Source of the DNA: an uncultured Verrucomicrobiae bacterium
GTDB taxonomy: Bacteria; Verrucomicrobiota; Verrucomicrobiia; Chthoniobacterales; UBA10450
Length of the DNA: 64,000 bases
NCBI GenBank assembly: GCA_963772365.1
Contig: CAVYXA010000001.1
Coordinates: 1,344,001-1,408,000 of the forward strand
Direction: 5' to 3'
Positions 18,138 to 28,209 of this stretch are shown here, piece after piece. The notes under the pieces are model-generated. The model saw nothing but the letters and a program-made list of their open reading frames with translations, was not told the DNA's origin and did not search any database. Numbering within the stretch: position 1 is the first letter of the stretch; every line of letters starts with the position of its first letter. The position numbers and the translations under genes were made by a program.

Positions 18138-18858
18138 TCCCAGGCGCGACCCCGAAAGCTTTCGGGGTTCGCGAAATCCGTATGACAGCTTCGTTGTGCG
18201 TAAGAAGCGATAAATTCAGCGGTTCAAAATTAGTTTGGCGACGGAACCAGGTCAACTGCCGTTTGGCATAGCGGCGGGTGGCCTGTTGAATCGCTGCCAC
18301 GCATTCCATCATCGACATTTTGCCCGCGATTAGTTCGCGAATCTCGCGCAGACCGATCATCTTCTCAGCTGTCGAGCTGAGTTCTCCGATCCCCCGTACT
18401 TCCTCGACCACGCCGCATTTGAACATCCTTTCCACTCGTGAATTGATTCGACGGTAAAGCTCTTCGCGGTCGCGGAAAACGAACACGCCTTTAGGATCGA
18501 CATCGGCTGCTTTCCAGTCGGAATCCAATCCGTGCGTCAGTGCCTTCACGTAAAGACCACTTCCGCCGACGACGAGCACAGCTTTACCGCGCGAGTGAAT
18601 GTCGTCGATCACAGGCAAAGCCATGCGCCGAAATTCGCCGGCATTCATGTTTTCGTTGAGCGGGACTGCTCCGACCAAGTGATGTCTCGTCATGCTCAAA
18701 ATCGCCGGGTCGGGTTTGGCGCTGAGAAGATCAAGGCCGGCATAGACTTGAAATGCGTCCACATTGATAATCTCGGCATTGATCTTCCGTGCCAGATCCG
18801 CAGCGATCTCGGACTTGCCGCTGGCGGTCGGACCCACAATGTAGAAATCGCCGGTCAT
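18130..18858 (-). CDS. miaA: tRNA dimethylallyltransferase, unusually short
   Basis: GPTASGKS, DAFQVY, GGSGLY, TRRYAKRQLTWFR; upstream of hflX. Confidence 0.9.
   Translation of the reverse strand: MTGDFYIVGPTASGKSEIAADLARKINAEIINVDAFQVYAGLDLLSAKPDPAILSMTRHHLVGAVPLNENMNAGEFRRMALPVIDDIHSRGKAVLVVGGSGLYVKALTHGLDSDWKAADVDPKGVFVFRDREELYRRINSRVERMFKCGVVEEVRGIGELSSTAEKMIGLREIRELIAGKMSMMECVAAIQQATRRYAKRQLTWFRRQTNFEPLNLSLLTHNEAVIRISRTPKAFGVAPGND
18149..18168. repeat. Perfect 20-bp palindrome in the miaA 3' end
   Basis: ACCCCGAAAGCTTTCGGGGT. Confidence 0.75.
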
Positions 18859-18941
18859 TCCTCATCCTTACTTGGAATGACAAATCGGGAGACGAGCGTT
18901 TTGACGCCGCGTCTCCCGATTGAATCCACTAATTGGTATTC

Positions 18942-19448
18942 TCAGTGCGATTGATGCTCGCTCGTCTTTGCTCCGCTTACGACGAGCTTGCGCCCGAGGA
19001 ATTCTTTGTCGTGCAATTCTTCCACTGCCCGTTTCGCTTCCTCAACTGTCTGCATCTGAACGAAAGCGAAACCTTTCGAGCGTTGGTTGTGGCGATAGCT
19101 CACTACCTCTGCGTTCTGGACGTGGCCTACGCCATTGAATAATTCGAACAGATCGCTCTCGGTGGCATCGAACGACAGATTGCCGACGTAGAGCCGCGGT
19201 GAAGTGACTTCAACTGGTTCCGGCTTGCGGACTGGCCGTGAGCCCTGTTCGCCATTGCGCCGTCCAGTGGTGACGGGTTTGCTGGTAGTCTTTTCGTTTC
19301 CTCCAAAGAACGCTACTACTCGCTGCCAGAATGTTTTCTTCGGCGCTCTGGATGGTCGTGCCTCGAACTGACGTGGACGACCGTCGCGCCGATATCGAGA
19401 GCCGCCGCGCGACCGGCGCGAGCGCTTCCCGTAGGAATGAGAGTTCAT
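18942..19448 (-). CDS. RRM-domain RNA-binding protein with basic N-terminal extension
   Basis: RNP2 'LYVGNL', RNP1 'KGFAFVQM'. Confidence 0.93.
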   Translation of the reverse strand: MNSHSYGKRSRRSRGGSRYRRDGRPRQFEARPSRAPKKTFWQRVVAFFGGNEKTTSKPVTTGRRNGEQGSRPVRKPEPVEVTSPRLYVGNLSFDATESDLFELFNGVGHVQNAEVVSYRHNQRSKGFAFVQMQTVEEAKRAVEELHDKEFLGRKLVVSGAKTSEHQSH

Positions 19449-19481
19449 ATTGATCCTCAATGTTTACCCTGTGTTGTGATG

Positions 19482-19591
19482 GACGGAGCGCCCCAAATTT
19501 CGGGACACGGTCCAGGGCGCGCGGACCTCGGAAGGTCCATCGAGGCAAATTGGCACTGCGATTGTGGGGCGACGCCATTGGAAACTCCGTC
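19482..19591 (-). ncRNA. Candidate structured 5' leader RNA of the RRM gene
   Basis: Nested complementary segments GACGGAG/CTCCGTC, CGCCCCA/TGGGGCG and inner hairpin GGACC/GGTCC. Confidence 0.4.
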
Positions 19592-19827
19592 TCGTTATGT
19601 CGGGAAGGGATTCGTCTCGAGCCGTCTACCACTACAGTGACCGAACGAAGCAGCGAAGATGCAAAAGACCGCATCATAATTTCAAAGCCTGGATCGTCGT
19701 TGGAGAGCGAACGGAATCGATCAAGATTCCCGACAACGCGCGTATTATGGAGGAGAGGTCCTCTGAATGCAAGTCGGCATTATTGAGGGGCAATAAGCAT
19801 CGATTTATTTCAACTGCGCGACGGCCT

Positions 19828-20841
19828 TTAGCGTCGAATCCAATCATCGCGAAGGGAATAAGCGCGTGATTTCAAATATTCGCGCGGTTTTTCACCACGA
19901 ACCGGTCTGGCAAAGTGGCGTAGCGAGCGTTCGCTCAACAATGGTTGATAGCCAAACTCCGGCATCAGATCCCGGCAGTGCCATTCCACCCACCCGATTT
20001 CATCCCGCGAAAGCTCACCTTGCCAGCGAGTTGCGGGTTCCGTGCTGATCTCGGAAAAACGGATTCGTGCCGCCGAATTGCCGCTCCAGAAGTTACCCAT
20101 TTTCGTCGGCCTCAGCACGGTTGCCGGATCAAATGTGATCTCGAGATAATCGCAGACTTTCTCCATCATTTTGGCCGGATTGGAGACTAACTCCTCATAC
20201 GGAACAACCAAGCCGGGCAGTTCCCCGGTGCGAATACGGTGAGCCAAGCGGGCGGCTACGCGCCAATGGGCAATGACGTAATAAGTCGAAAATCGACCGG
20301 TCTTGCGAGTTTTTTCCAGCGCGATTTGCGCCGCAAGAATGGCCCGCGGATCGCGCATCGTCACAACGATCTTGGCGCGCGGAAAACGTGTAAAGATTGC
20401 CGGGATGTGGTTGCGATTCGCCGGGGTCTTTTCTACCCAACGCCGAATCGTATCGAGCGGGCGTCCCAGCATGGCAGCGTATGCTTTGATCATCAGGACC
20501 AGCAAATCCTCCTGCGCGTTGGCAGGATCGAAGGCCGCGCTCTCAAATGTTTGCAAAAATTTCTCGCGTGGAAAATTCGCGTAACTGCGCTTGCCCCATT
20601 TGCAGGGGCCACCAAAGAGAACGTTCGACAGCGATTGTTTGGTCAGATACTCAAACTGCGCACGGCGCCCGTGCGGCGCGTACTTTGTGAGGACGGTCGG
20701 AAAATAGGCGGTCTCTTCCGGCAGCACGAGCAGTTGCGGATGGCTGTCGAGTAACGCAACGAGCAGCGTCGTGCCGGATTTGGCCTGGCCGGCAATAAAA
20801 CAGGCGCGCTGATTGAATGGCAGGACGTCAGTTAGATCCAT
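19828..20841 (-). CDS. Sulfotransferase family protein
   Basis: 'GQAKSGTTLL...LDSHP' PAPS-binding loop, 'WVEKTP', 'MRDPRA', 'YEELVSNP'. Confidence 0.9.
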   Translation of the reverse strand: MDLTDVLPFNQRACFIAGQAKSGTTLLVALLDSHPQLLVLPEETAYFPTVLTKYAPHGRRAQFEYLTKQSLSNVLFGGPCKWGKRSYANFPREKFLQTFESAAFDPANAQEDLLVLMIKAYAAMLGRPLDTIRRWVEKTPANRNHIPAIFTRFPRAKIVVTMRDPRAILAAQIALEKTRKTGRFSTYYVIAHWRVAARLAHRIRTGELPGLVVPYEELVSNPAKMMEKVCDYLEITFDPATVLRPTKMGNFWSGNSAARIRFSEISTEPATRWQGELSRDEIGWVEWHCRDLMPEFGYQPLLSERSLRHFARPVRGEKPREYLKSRAYSLRDDWIRR

Positions 20842-20959
20842 TCAGCCGCTGAAAATAGCACAGAGAAAGAAATTTGTTGGCGTTTGCCGGCGAATCACAG
20901 TAAGATATGTGACAAATCCATTCGCCCCTACCGGAGTGAATCAAACTCAAAAACCATAA

Positions 20960-23259
20960 ATGAAGAAAAAATCCAGCAATCCAATCCGCGTTCTTTAATC
21001 TGCGAACCTTGTTCGGGTTCGTTGTTTGTCTCGCCGGTATTATACTGGCGCTATTCGCCTTCGGGCCAAATCCAGCCGGCTCGGCGTTGGCGCAGGGCTC
21101 ACGGCAGCCTAACGTCACTGCGGGGCCTGACATTATTCGCATGGTCGGTCCGGTCCGTCTCGACCAGGACTTGCGAAACGCTTCGTTACGTCGCGCCCAA
21201 GGAGGAATTCGAAGAGCGACGACTAATGCGCTATCCACACAATCGGGCAGTCAAGGCCCGTCAGACAGAATGCCGCCGGCTCTGACATACGTCCAGTCGC
21301 TCCTCAAAAGTATTTGGCGGCCGGCGCCCAGCATGCCGGGACCGATACTGACGTTTGAGGGGCAGGGCAATACATGCGGTTGTCAGCCGAGTGACACCGA
21401 CGGCGATATCGGGCCGAACCATTACGTCGAAGCGATCAACGAATCGATCAGGATCTTTGATAAAAGCGGCAACACTTTGTCGGGCCCGACCAGTTACAAT
21501 TCATTCTTTGCCGGCTTGGTTGGCACTCCTTGCGCTACCTCAAATGACGGAGACCCCTATGTTATCTATGATAAGGCCGCTGATCGCTGGATGATCAGCG
21601 ATTTCGCTTTTCCCTCTTTCCCCGGCAGCTTCATTCTACCAGTGCATCGGGGTGTCTCAGACCCCCGATCCGGTCGCGGCGGATGGTTCTTATATGCCAT
21701 ACAGGTCGATCCAGGCAACCCAACGTACCTGGGCGATTATCCTAAGTTCGCCTTGTGGAACTCTGGCGGAAGCCCAGCTCAAAACGCCTATTTCCTGACG
21801 ATGAACCTGTTTAGCAACAATACCACCTTCAACGGTGTGCGTGCCTATGCACTCGACCGCGCCAGCATGCTCGCTGGCGGTCCCGCGAACGCGATCGGCT
21901 TTACTCTCTCTGCGGCCGATGTGGGCGATCCTATAGCTTCGTCGCCGCGAACTATCGCACGGGCGATCCGCCGCCTGCAGGAAGGAATGAAATGGTGCTG
22001 GCCATCGATAGCCCGGCGAGTGGCGGGGTAACCTTGACCCAGGTCCACGCCCGCTTCTTTCATGTCGATTTTGTCAACCCGGCAAATTCGAACTTTCGGT
22101 CGTTGGAGCCAACCATGCGCCGAATGCCGAGATCACTGTTAGTGGATTCGTCGATGCTTTCACGAATACCACGAGCAATCTTGTGCCCCAACATGGGCAC
22201 TGCAACAAAGCTTGATACTTTAGGCGATAAGATCATGACGCCCGTTGTTTACCAGAACCTCGGCGGCACAGAGTCGCTGTGGGCTTCTCAGACCGTAATC
22301 GAGAATTACCCGAACGGGCCGACTGCAGTCCGTTGGTATCAATTCGATGTTACCGGCGGCAATTTCCCCGCCACCGCGGCGCAACAACAGAGTTGGGACA
22401 ACACTAGCGATGGCTTATGGCGCTGGATGCCCAGCATAGCCGTGGATGAAAATGGAAACACCGTCCTGGGTTATTCCACTTCCAGCACGACAATCTTCCC
22501 TTCTATCCGGTACGCTGGACGTCTCGCCAGTGACCCGGCAAATAATCTTGCGCAAGGAGAAGCCATCATGTTTGCGGGAGTCGGATTCCACAGTGGCACC
22601 CGTTGGGGTGATTATACCAGAACAGATGTCGATCCCTCCGATGGCATGTCCTTCTGGCATATCAACCAATATGCAAGCGGCACCTGGCACACACGAATCG
22701 GCAAATTCGCGTTCGCGCCGCAAGCGCCTGCCGTAACGTCGGCGGTCTCGCGCAAGACGCATGGGGGCGCCGGCACCTTCGACATCGCTCTGCCGCTTAC
22801 CGGCACCCCAGGCATCGAAGATCGCACCGGCGGCGCGACTAACGATTACACAATGGTGGTGACTTTCGTGAACCCAGTATCCGTCACTGGTACCCCACAA
22901 GCTGAGCTGACCGCAGTCACGGGCTGTGTGGGAAGGGAGGGGGTTGCAATGGCGGAGTAGTCAGTGTCGGCAGCAACATAGTGACGATTCGCGTTGTTAC
23001 CAACATTGCCGATGACCAGACAATCAATGTCCGGCTCAATGGGGTCAGTGATGGCATGGCCACAGATAACGTAGTCGTTCCCATGACTCGTAACGCCGGC
23101 GATACCGATGCCAACGGCACAGTAAATTCATCCGATGTTGCCCAGACGAAAGGGCAGGTTGGCCAGCCCGTTTCCGGGACGAATTTTCGGACGGATGTCA
23201 ATGCTAGCGGCGCCATCAACTCGACCGACGTCAGCGTAGTCAAACAGAATATTCCGTAA
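20960..23259 (+). CDS. Large secreted protein with C-terminal 'SRKTHG' module and dockerin-like domain (multiple frameshifts)
   Basis: ORF pieces 21009-22031, 21992-22960, 22981-23259; 'PSDTDGDIGPNHYVE', 'GDYPKF', 'RWGDY', 'GDTDANGTVNSSD...DVNASGAINSTD'. Confidence 0.8.
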
Positions 23260-23289
23260 CAGTAAACATTCCCATAATTAAGAGCAGGG

Positions 23290-23326
23290 CAAGGAACGAT
23301 GGTTCGCCATCGTTCCTTGTTTTGTC
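23290..23326 (+). terminator. Intrinsic terminator
   Basis: CAAGGAACGATGG-TTCG-CCATCGTTCCTTG 13-bp stem followed by T-rich tract. Confidence 0.85.
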
Positions 23327-23409
23327 TTGACTCTGCTCGCGGTCGATACAGATGATCGGGGCTTCTTATCCTCGGAGGGCCCGGACTATGCATTCTAAGA
23401 CTATCTCTA

Positions 23410-24412
23410 TGAACAGAACGTTCCCATTCATCCTGCTGCCACTTCTTTTTCTTTCGCCGATGCAATCTCGCGGTCAGCACATGGTGATGCAGCAACAGAC
23501 AGCGGGAATTACGATCGTTGATGAAAATGGTCGAGCCGGCAGTCAGCGGGACCCTCGAGAATCGGGAGTCAAATTTTTGATGTAACCGTTGGTCCGGGCG
23601 GGCAATTGATTTTTTCGCCAAATATGGTCGATATCTCGGTCGGAGATACTGTGCGGTGGACTTGGGCGAGCAGTTTTCACAGTGTCACCAGTGGACAGCC
23701 TTGCACAGCCGATTCCCAATTCTGCTCGCCCAATGACATGAATTGCAGCGCCGGTACGCTTTCTAACAGCGGCACCATTTACACGCATACTTTCACACAA
23801 CCCGGAACATATTCGTACTTCTGCGCTGCACACTGCTTCTCCGGGATGACCGGTATGGTCCACGTGACAGCCCAGGCGCTTCAGCTCACTTCTGCCGTCT
23901 CGCGAAAAACACACGGCGCGGCCGGTACCTTCGACATCAATCTTCCTCTCTCCGGCACAGTTGGCGTCGAATGTAGTCTGGGCGGCGGAACGGCGATTAC
24001 ACGTTGGTCGTGACTTCACCAACAATGTCACCAGTGGGAACGCTAGCAGTAACGAGCGGCTACCGGAACGTAGTCGGGATCACCAAGCTTCTCCGGCCAG
24101 ACTATGACGATCAATCTGACCGGCGTAATTAATATCCAAACCATCACCGTACTCTTAAGTGGTGTGATGGACGAATTTTCGCAGGTCCTGCCAGATACTT
24201 CGATCAACATAGGTATCCTTATAGGAGATGCTAATGGTAACCGGGCAGTGAGCGCTTCCGATGTGGCATTAACCAAAGCTCAAATCGGACAGGCCGTCAC
24301 CGGCACAAATTTCCGAGAGGACGTAAATGCGAATGGCTCAATCAACGGGAGCGATGCAGCCATCGTCAAATCGCACTCAGGAGAAGGGCTTGCTCTCCAG
24401 CTTCAATTCTAG
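23410..24412 (+). CDS. Secreted cupredoxin (plastocyanin-like) plus 'SRKTHG' module and dockerin-like domain (frameshifted)
   Basis: 'VGDTVRWTW...HSVTSG', 'YSYFCAAHCFSGMTG' type-1 Cu motif; 'GDANGNRAVSASD...DVNANGSINGSD'. Confidence 0.8.
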
Positions 24413-25363
24413 CGACTGCCAAGCGTCGTCTCGAAACCATTCGATAAAACGCGGCAGCCCTTCGCTTAATCGGGTCGTCGGGTTATAGCCCAGCAGCTTT
24501 TTAGCTTTCGAAACATCGGCGCAAGTCAGTGGGACGTCTCCCGCCTGCTCAGGCAGCCGGTTGATTTTCGCCTTTTTCCCAAGTGTCTGCTCGATTGCCG
24601 CTATCAGATCTTTCAGCTGGATCGTTTCACTCTCACCCAGGTTAAAAATATCGAAAAGCGGGCCGTTGTAATCGAGCGCTGCCATAGTGCCCTGGATGAT
24701 GTCGTCGATGTAGGTGTAATCGCGTCGGGTCGTGCCATCACCAAATTGATCGATCGGCTGTCCAGCGTGAATTTTTCTCGTAAACTGATGTATCGCCAGA
24801 TCGGGACGCTGCCGAGGCCCATAAACAGTGAAATATCGCAGGGCGACCACCCGCATCTCATAAAGATGAGAAAACGTCGAGCATAAGAATTCCCCCGCGA
24901 TTTTTGTAGCCGCGTACGGACTGATCGTTTGAGTAAGATGCTGTTCCTCGGAAAATGGCACTTCTTTCGAGAGCCCATAAACCGATGAACTCGAGGCGAA
25001 AATTATCCGCTCCACTCCGGTGACATGGGCGGTTTCCAATAAGTGCAATGTCCCATCGACATTGGTATCGTAATAAAGCTGTGGATTTTGAATCGATGGC
25101 CGCACCCCGGCTCGCGCGGCCAGATGAGCAATCGCATCAAATTTTTCCGCGCGAAAAAGACTTCGGACCGCATCGGTATCCCGAAGATCGATATGGTGTA
25201 TCGCCGCGTCTTTAGCTATGCCGGCGATGTTTTCATGTTTGATTTGCGGATCGTAAAAATCGTTGAAGTCATCCAGGATCGACACCTGATGTCCGGCCCG
25301 AAGAAAGTTCTCGGCAAGGTGAGAACCGATGAACCCAGCGCCGCCAGTGACCAGAATTCGCAT
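24377..25363 (-). CDS. NAD-dependent nucleotide-sugar epimerase (UDP-glucuronate 4-epimerase-like)
   Basis: TGGAGFIG, 'HLAARAGVRPS', YAATK, 'FTVYGPRQRPDLA'. Confidence 0.92.
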   Translation of the reverse strand: MRILVTGGAGFIGSHLAENFLRAGHQVSILDDFNDFYDPQIKHENIAGIAKDAAIHHIDLRDTDAVRSLFRAEKFDAIAHLAARAGVRPSIQNPQLYYDTNVDGTLHLLETAHVTGVERIIFASSSSVYGLSKEVPFSEEQHLTQTISPYAATKIAGEFLCSTFSHLYEMRVVALRYFTVYGPRQRPDLAIHQFTRKIHAGQPIDQFGDGTTRRDYTYIDDIIQGTMAALDYNGPLFDIFNLGESETIQLKDLIAAIEQTLGKKAKINRLPEQAGDVPLTCADVSKAKKLLGYNPTTRLSEGLPRFIEWFRDDAWQSLELKLESKPFS

Positions 25364-25547
25364 TTGTCGAGCCTAGTTTTGCAGCGCGCGATTGCCAACT
25401 GCGTTTCACCCGCCCTTGGCCGATCCGAGACGGCGGCAGAAAACCCCGAAATTGATTGACAACCTATTTAATTCATTTACTTGCCTGCTGTGCCGGGACT
25501 GCTTTAACCTTTCCGCGCGCAACAACCCTTAAACCAACCAAATTTTT

Positions 25548-25826
25548 ATGGCCGAAAAATCTACCGAAGAAAAGGTCAAGGACATCATCGTTGAGCAGCT
25601 CGGCGTCAATCCCGAGCAAGTCACACCACAGGCTTCGTTTATTGAAGATCTGGGAGCAGACTCGCTTGATATTGTCGAACTTGTTATGGCCTTTGAAGAG
25701 GAATTTTCTGTGGAAGTGCCCGACGAAGACGCCGAGAAACTGCAGACAGTCGGCGATGTCATCAAATACATTCAAGAACGAGCGAAGCAACAGGGCGACG
25801 GCGGCGGTCCGGCCCCGCAATCTTGA
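25548..25826 (+). CDS. acpP: Acyl carrier protein
   Basis: '[20 protein letters not shown]'. Confidence 0.97.
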   Translation: MAEKSTEEKVKDIIVEQLGVNPEQVTPQASFIEDLGADSLDIVELVMAFEEEFSVEVPDEDAEKLQTVGDVIKYIQERAKQQGDGGGPAPQS

Positions 25827-25865
25827 GCAATTCTGCGGGCGCTAGCGCCGTGCATGCGGCAAACG

Positions 25866-27353
25866 TTAATACGAGTTCTGCAGCTCGTTAAACGCCTTAC
25901 CCAGATGGTCGAGTACGTCGCTGGCAAGCAAAGATTGCTCGCTGGCGCCGCCGTTGAAGATCGAAATCTCCGCTGCGCGAGCACAGACCCACGCTCCGAG
26001 CCGTGCCGCATCGTACAAGACCAGATTTTGGCCCACTAATCCGGCACACACTCCAGTGAGAACATCTCCCATTCCACCAGTGGCCATGCCCGGAGTTCCG
26101 GTGGTGTTATAACTCAACGGTCGCCCGCGCTCGGCTACAATCGTTCGGCTCCCTTTGAACAAAAGCGTAACTGGAAATTGGTCGCAGAAATTCTTAACAG
26201 TGCCCGCGCGGGACATCCGGCCGGTGTCGAGCAATCGTTTCATTTCCCCAGGATGCGGCGTGAGCAAACGAAAACCGCGGCAGTGTTTCAAGATGTCGAT
26301 CTTCTCCGCGAGCGCGTTCAATCCTTCGGCATCGACCACCATGGGCCGGTCGTCACGCTCGATCATCCGCAAGATGTCACTGTGTGATGCGCCCAGCCCG
26401 GGACCTATTGCCCAGATGTCGATGCTGCTCTCGTCTAGCAATGTCCGATAACTGCGCACTGGTTTTACCATTGCCTCCTGAGGTGCCGCCGACGCTACGA
26501 CTTCGTAGATTTCTTCAGGAACAAAAACGTCTACCAGGCCGGCGCCGGCACGCAACGCGCCTTGCGTGGTCATCAATGCCGCTCCGACAAATCCCTTTGA
26601 ACCCGCCACTACGCCGATTCGTTTGAATTGATTCTTGTACGCGCTGAATTTTCGCCGCGGCAAAAGCTCACGTAATGAATATGGCGCGCCCAGCATTTCA
26701 TTGCGCGCTCCTTCCGGAGGGGCAAGATCCGGCAACGGCACCACCTCAAGGCGCCCCACAATATCGAGGACATCGTCCTCAATTAGCCCATGTTTGGCGA
26801 AGCCGATGGTGACGGTGCAATCTGCCACGACGCAATCCGGGTCCGTTTCACCGGAATTGCCGTCGAGTCCGGTGGGAAGGTCGACAGCGAAGACAAACGC
26901 GTTTTCTTCACGTCTCATCCGGTTAATTTCAACGGCACAGGCGCGAATGGGCTCCCGCAAAAGCCGATCGGCTCCCAGACCAAGTAGTCCATCCAAGATA
27001 ATGGTCCGTGTCCGCAGGTAGCTACTAGCCGTCTCCACGCTTCCAGCGAGATCTTGCGCTTCCGTAAATTTCTTACGGGTATGTTCGCTACAATCGCTCT
27101 CATCAAATGCGAGCCGGATGTCGATCTTCCACCCCGCCCGTTTGAGGTGTCGCGCGGCGACGAGAGCATCGCCTCCATTATGACCTTTCCCGGCGAAAAC
27201 GATGCACCTGGCAGGCTTTGGGAAGAACTGGGAGACTGCGCGGGCTATGCCAGCCCCGGCCTGCTCCATTAATGATTCAACCTCAACACCGCGAGCGAAA
27301 GCTGCCTCTTCCGCATCACGCATCTGAGCTGCGCTTACGACCGGCGAATCCAA
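25866..27353 (-). CDS. nnr: Bifunctional NAD(P)HX epimerase/dehydratase
   Basis: 'GKGHNGGD', 'AVDLPTG', 'GPGLG', 'LTPHPGEM', 'ATGGMGDVLTG'. Confidence 0.93.
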   Translation of the reverse strand: MDSPVVSAAQMRDAEEAAFARGVEVESLMEQAGAGIARAVSQFFPKPARCIVFAGKGHNGGDALVAARHLKRAGWKIDIRLAFDESDCSEHTRKKFTEAQDLAGSVETASSYLRTRTIILDGLLGLGADRLLREPIRACAVEINRMRREENAFVFAVDLPTGLDGNSGETDPDCVVADCTVTIGFAKHGLIEDDVLDIVGRLEVVPLPDLAPPEGARNEMLGAPYSLRELLPRRKFSAYKNQFKRIGVVAGSKGFVGAALMTTQGALRAGAGLVDVFVPEEIYEVVASAAPQEAMVKPVRSYRTLLDESSIDIWAIGPGLGASHSDILRMIERDDRPMVVDAEGLNALAEKIDILKHCRGFRLLTPHPGEMKRLLDTGRMSRAGTVKNFCDQFPVTLLFKGSRTIVAERGRPLSYNTTGTPGMATGGMGDVLTGVCAGLVGQNLVLYDAARLGAWVCARAAEISIFNGGASEQSLLASDVLDHLGKAFNELQNSY

Positions 27354-28208
27354 TCAATCCTCCGAACTTTTTTCGGTTCTGCTTTTCTTCGCGATTGTCT
27401 TGCTCGAACTCTTTGCTTTGCTGCTGTGCCTGTGGCTGGAAGTTGTTCTCCGCGTTCTCGATCTTTTTCTGCTCCGGTGCCGCGAGGCCGATTTGCTCTG
27501 ATGCCCCATATGAGTCTGGTCGATGTACGGCTGAAGCGGAATCGATCCAGCGGTGGCAGTGCGGGAGCTGCTAACCAGAGAACGGGAGCGGATTCCGAGC
27601 GCAATTTGTTCAGCCAACATTTGCCGATATTTCGCGCTTTGCGCATACTGTGCCTCCGTCGGATTCGTTAGAAATCCGCACTCGACCAACACAGCAGGAA
27701 TTCTCGTCCTTCGCAACACATAGTAACCGCGACGCCGCACTCCGCGATTGTCGGTTGGCGTCGCTCGGGTTAGATAATAATGGATCGCCGAAGCCAGCGG
27801 CAGGCTGTCCGAGCCATAAAAATAGGTTTCGACGCCGTTTGCACCGCGGCGCGAGGCGGCGTTGAAGTGAATACAAACGAAGATCGCGTCGCGATACGAA
27901 TTTGCTATTGCGACTCGCGTCGGCAACGGCACAAAGACATCCCGATTGCGCGTCATGACTGTGCGATAACCGCGCGCATTCAGAATGGCTTGAAGCCGCT
28001 GAGCCACATCTAGCGTCATCGTTTTTTCAGCGACGCGCTGTCGCGGTATACCGCCACGGTCATGACCTCCGTGGCCGGCATCGATCACGACGATCGTCGA
28101 AGGAGCGCTGTGAGAAGGGGTCGCGTGATGTGACGTTCGCGCGCAAACAACGGGTGTCATTGCCAGCCAGACGAGGAGGAACCCGAAATCGCGAAGTCCT
28201 TTTCGCAT
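27354..28208 (-). CDS. N-acetylmuramoyl-L-alanine amidase (Amidase_3) with basic tail
   Basis: 'VIDAGHGGHD', 'IHFNA', 'PAVLVECGFLTN'. Confidence 0.93.
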   Translation of the reverse strand: MRKGLRDFGFLLVWLAMTPVVCARTSHHATPSHSAPSTIVVIDAGHGGHDRGGIPRQRVAEKTMTLDVAQRLQAILNARGYRTVMTRNRDVFVPLPTRVAIANSYRDAIFVCIHFNAASRRGANGVETYFYGSDSLPLASAIHYYLTRATPTDNRGVRRRGYYVLRRTRIPAVLVECGFLTNPTEAQYAQSAKYRQMLAEQIALGIRSRSLVSSSRTATAGSIPLQPYIDQTHMGHQSKSASRHRSRKRSRTRRTTSSHRHSSKAKSSSKTIAKKSRTEKSSED

Positions 28209-28209
28209 C

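Noticed and set aside
27010..27050. Possible repeat remnant in a variable loop of nnr
   Set aside because: No convincing palindrome or second copy in the window
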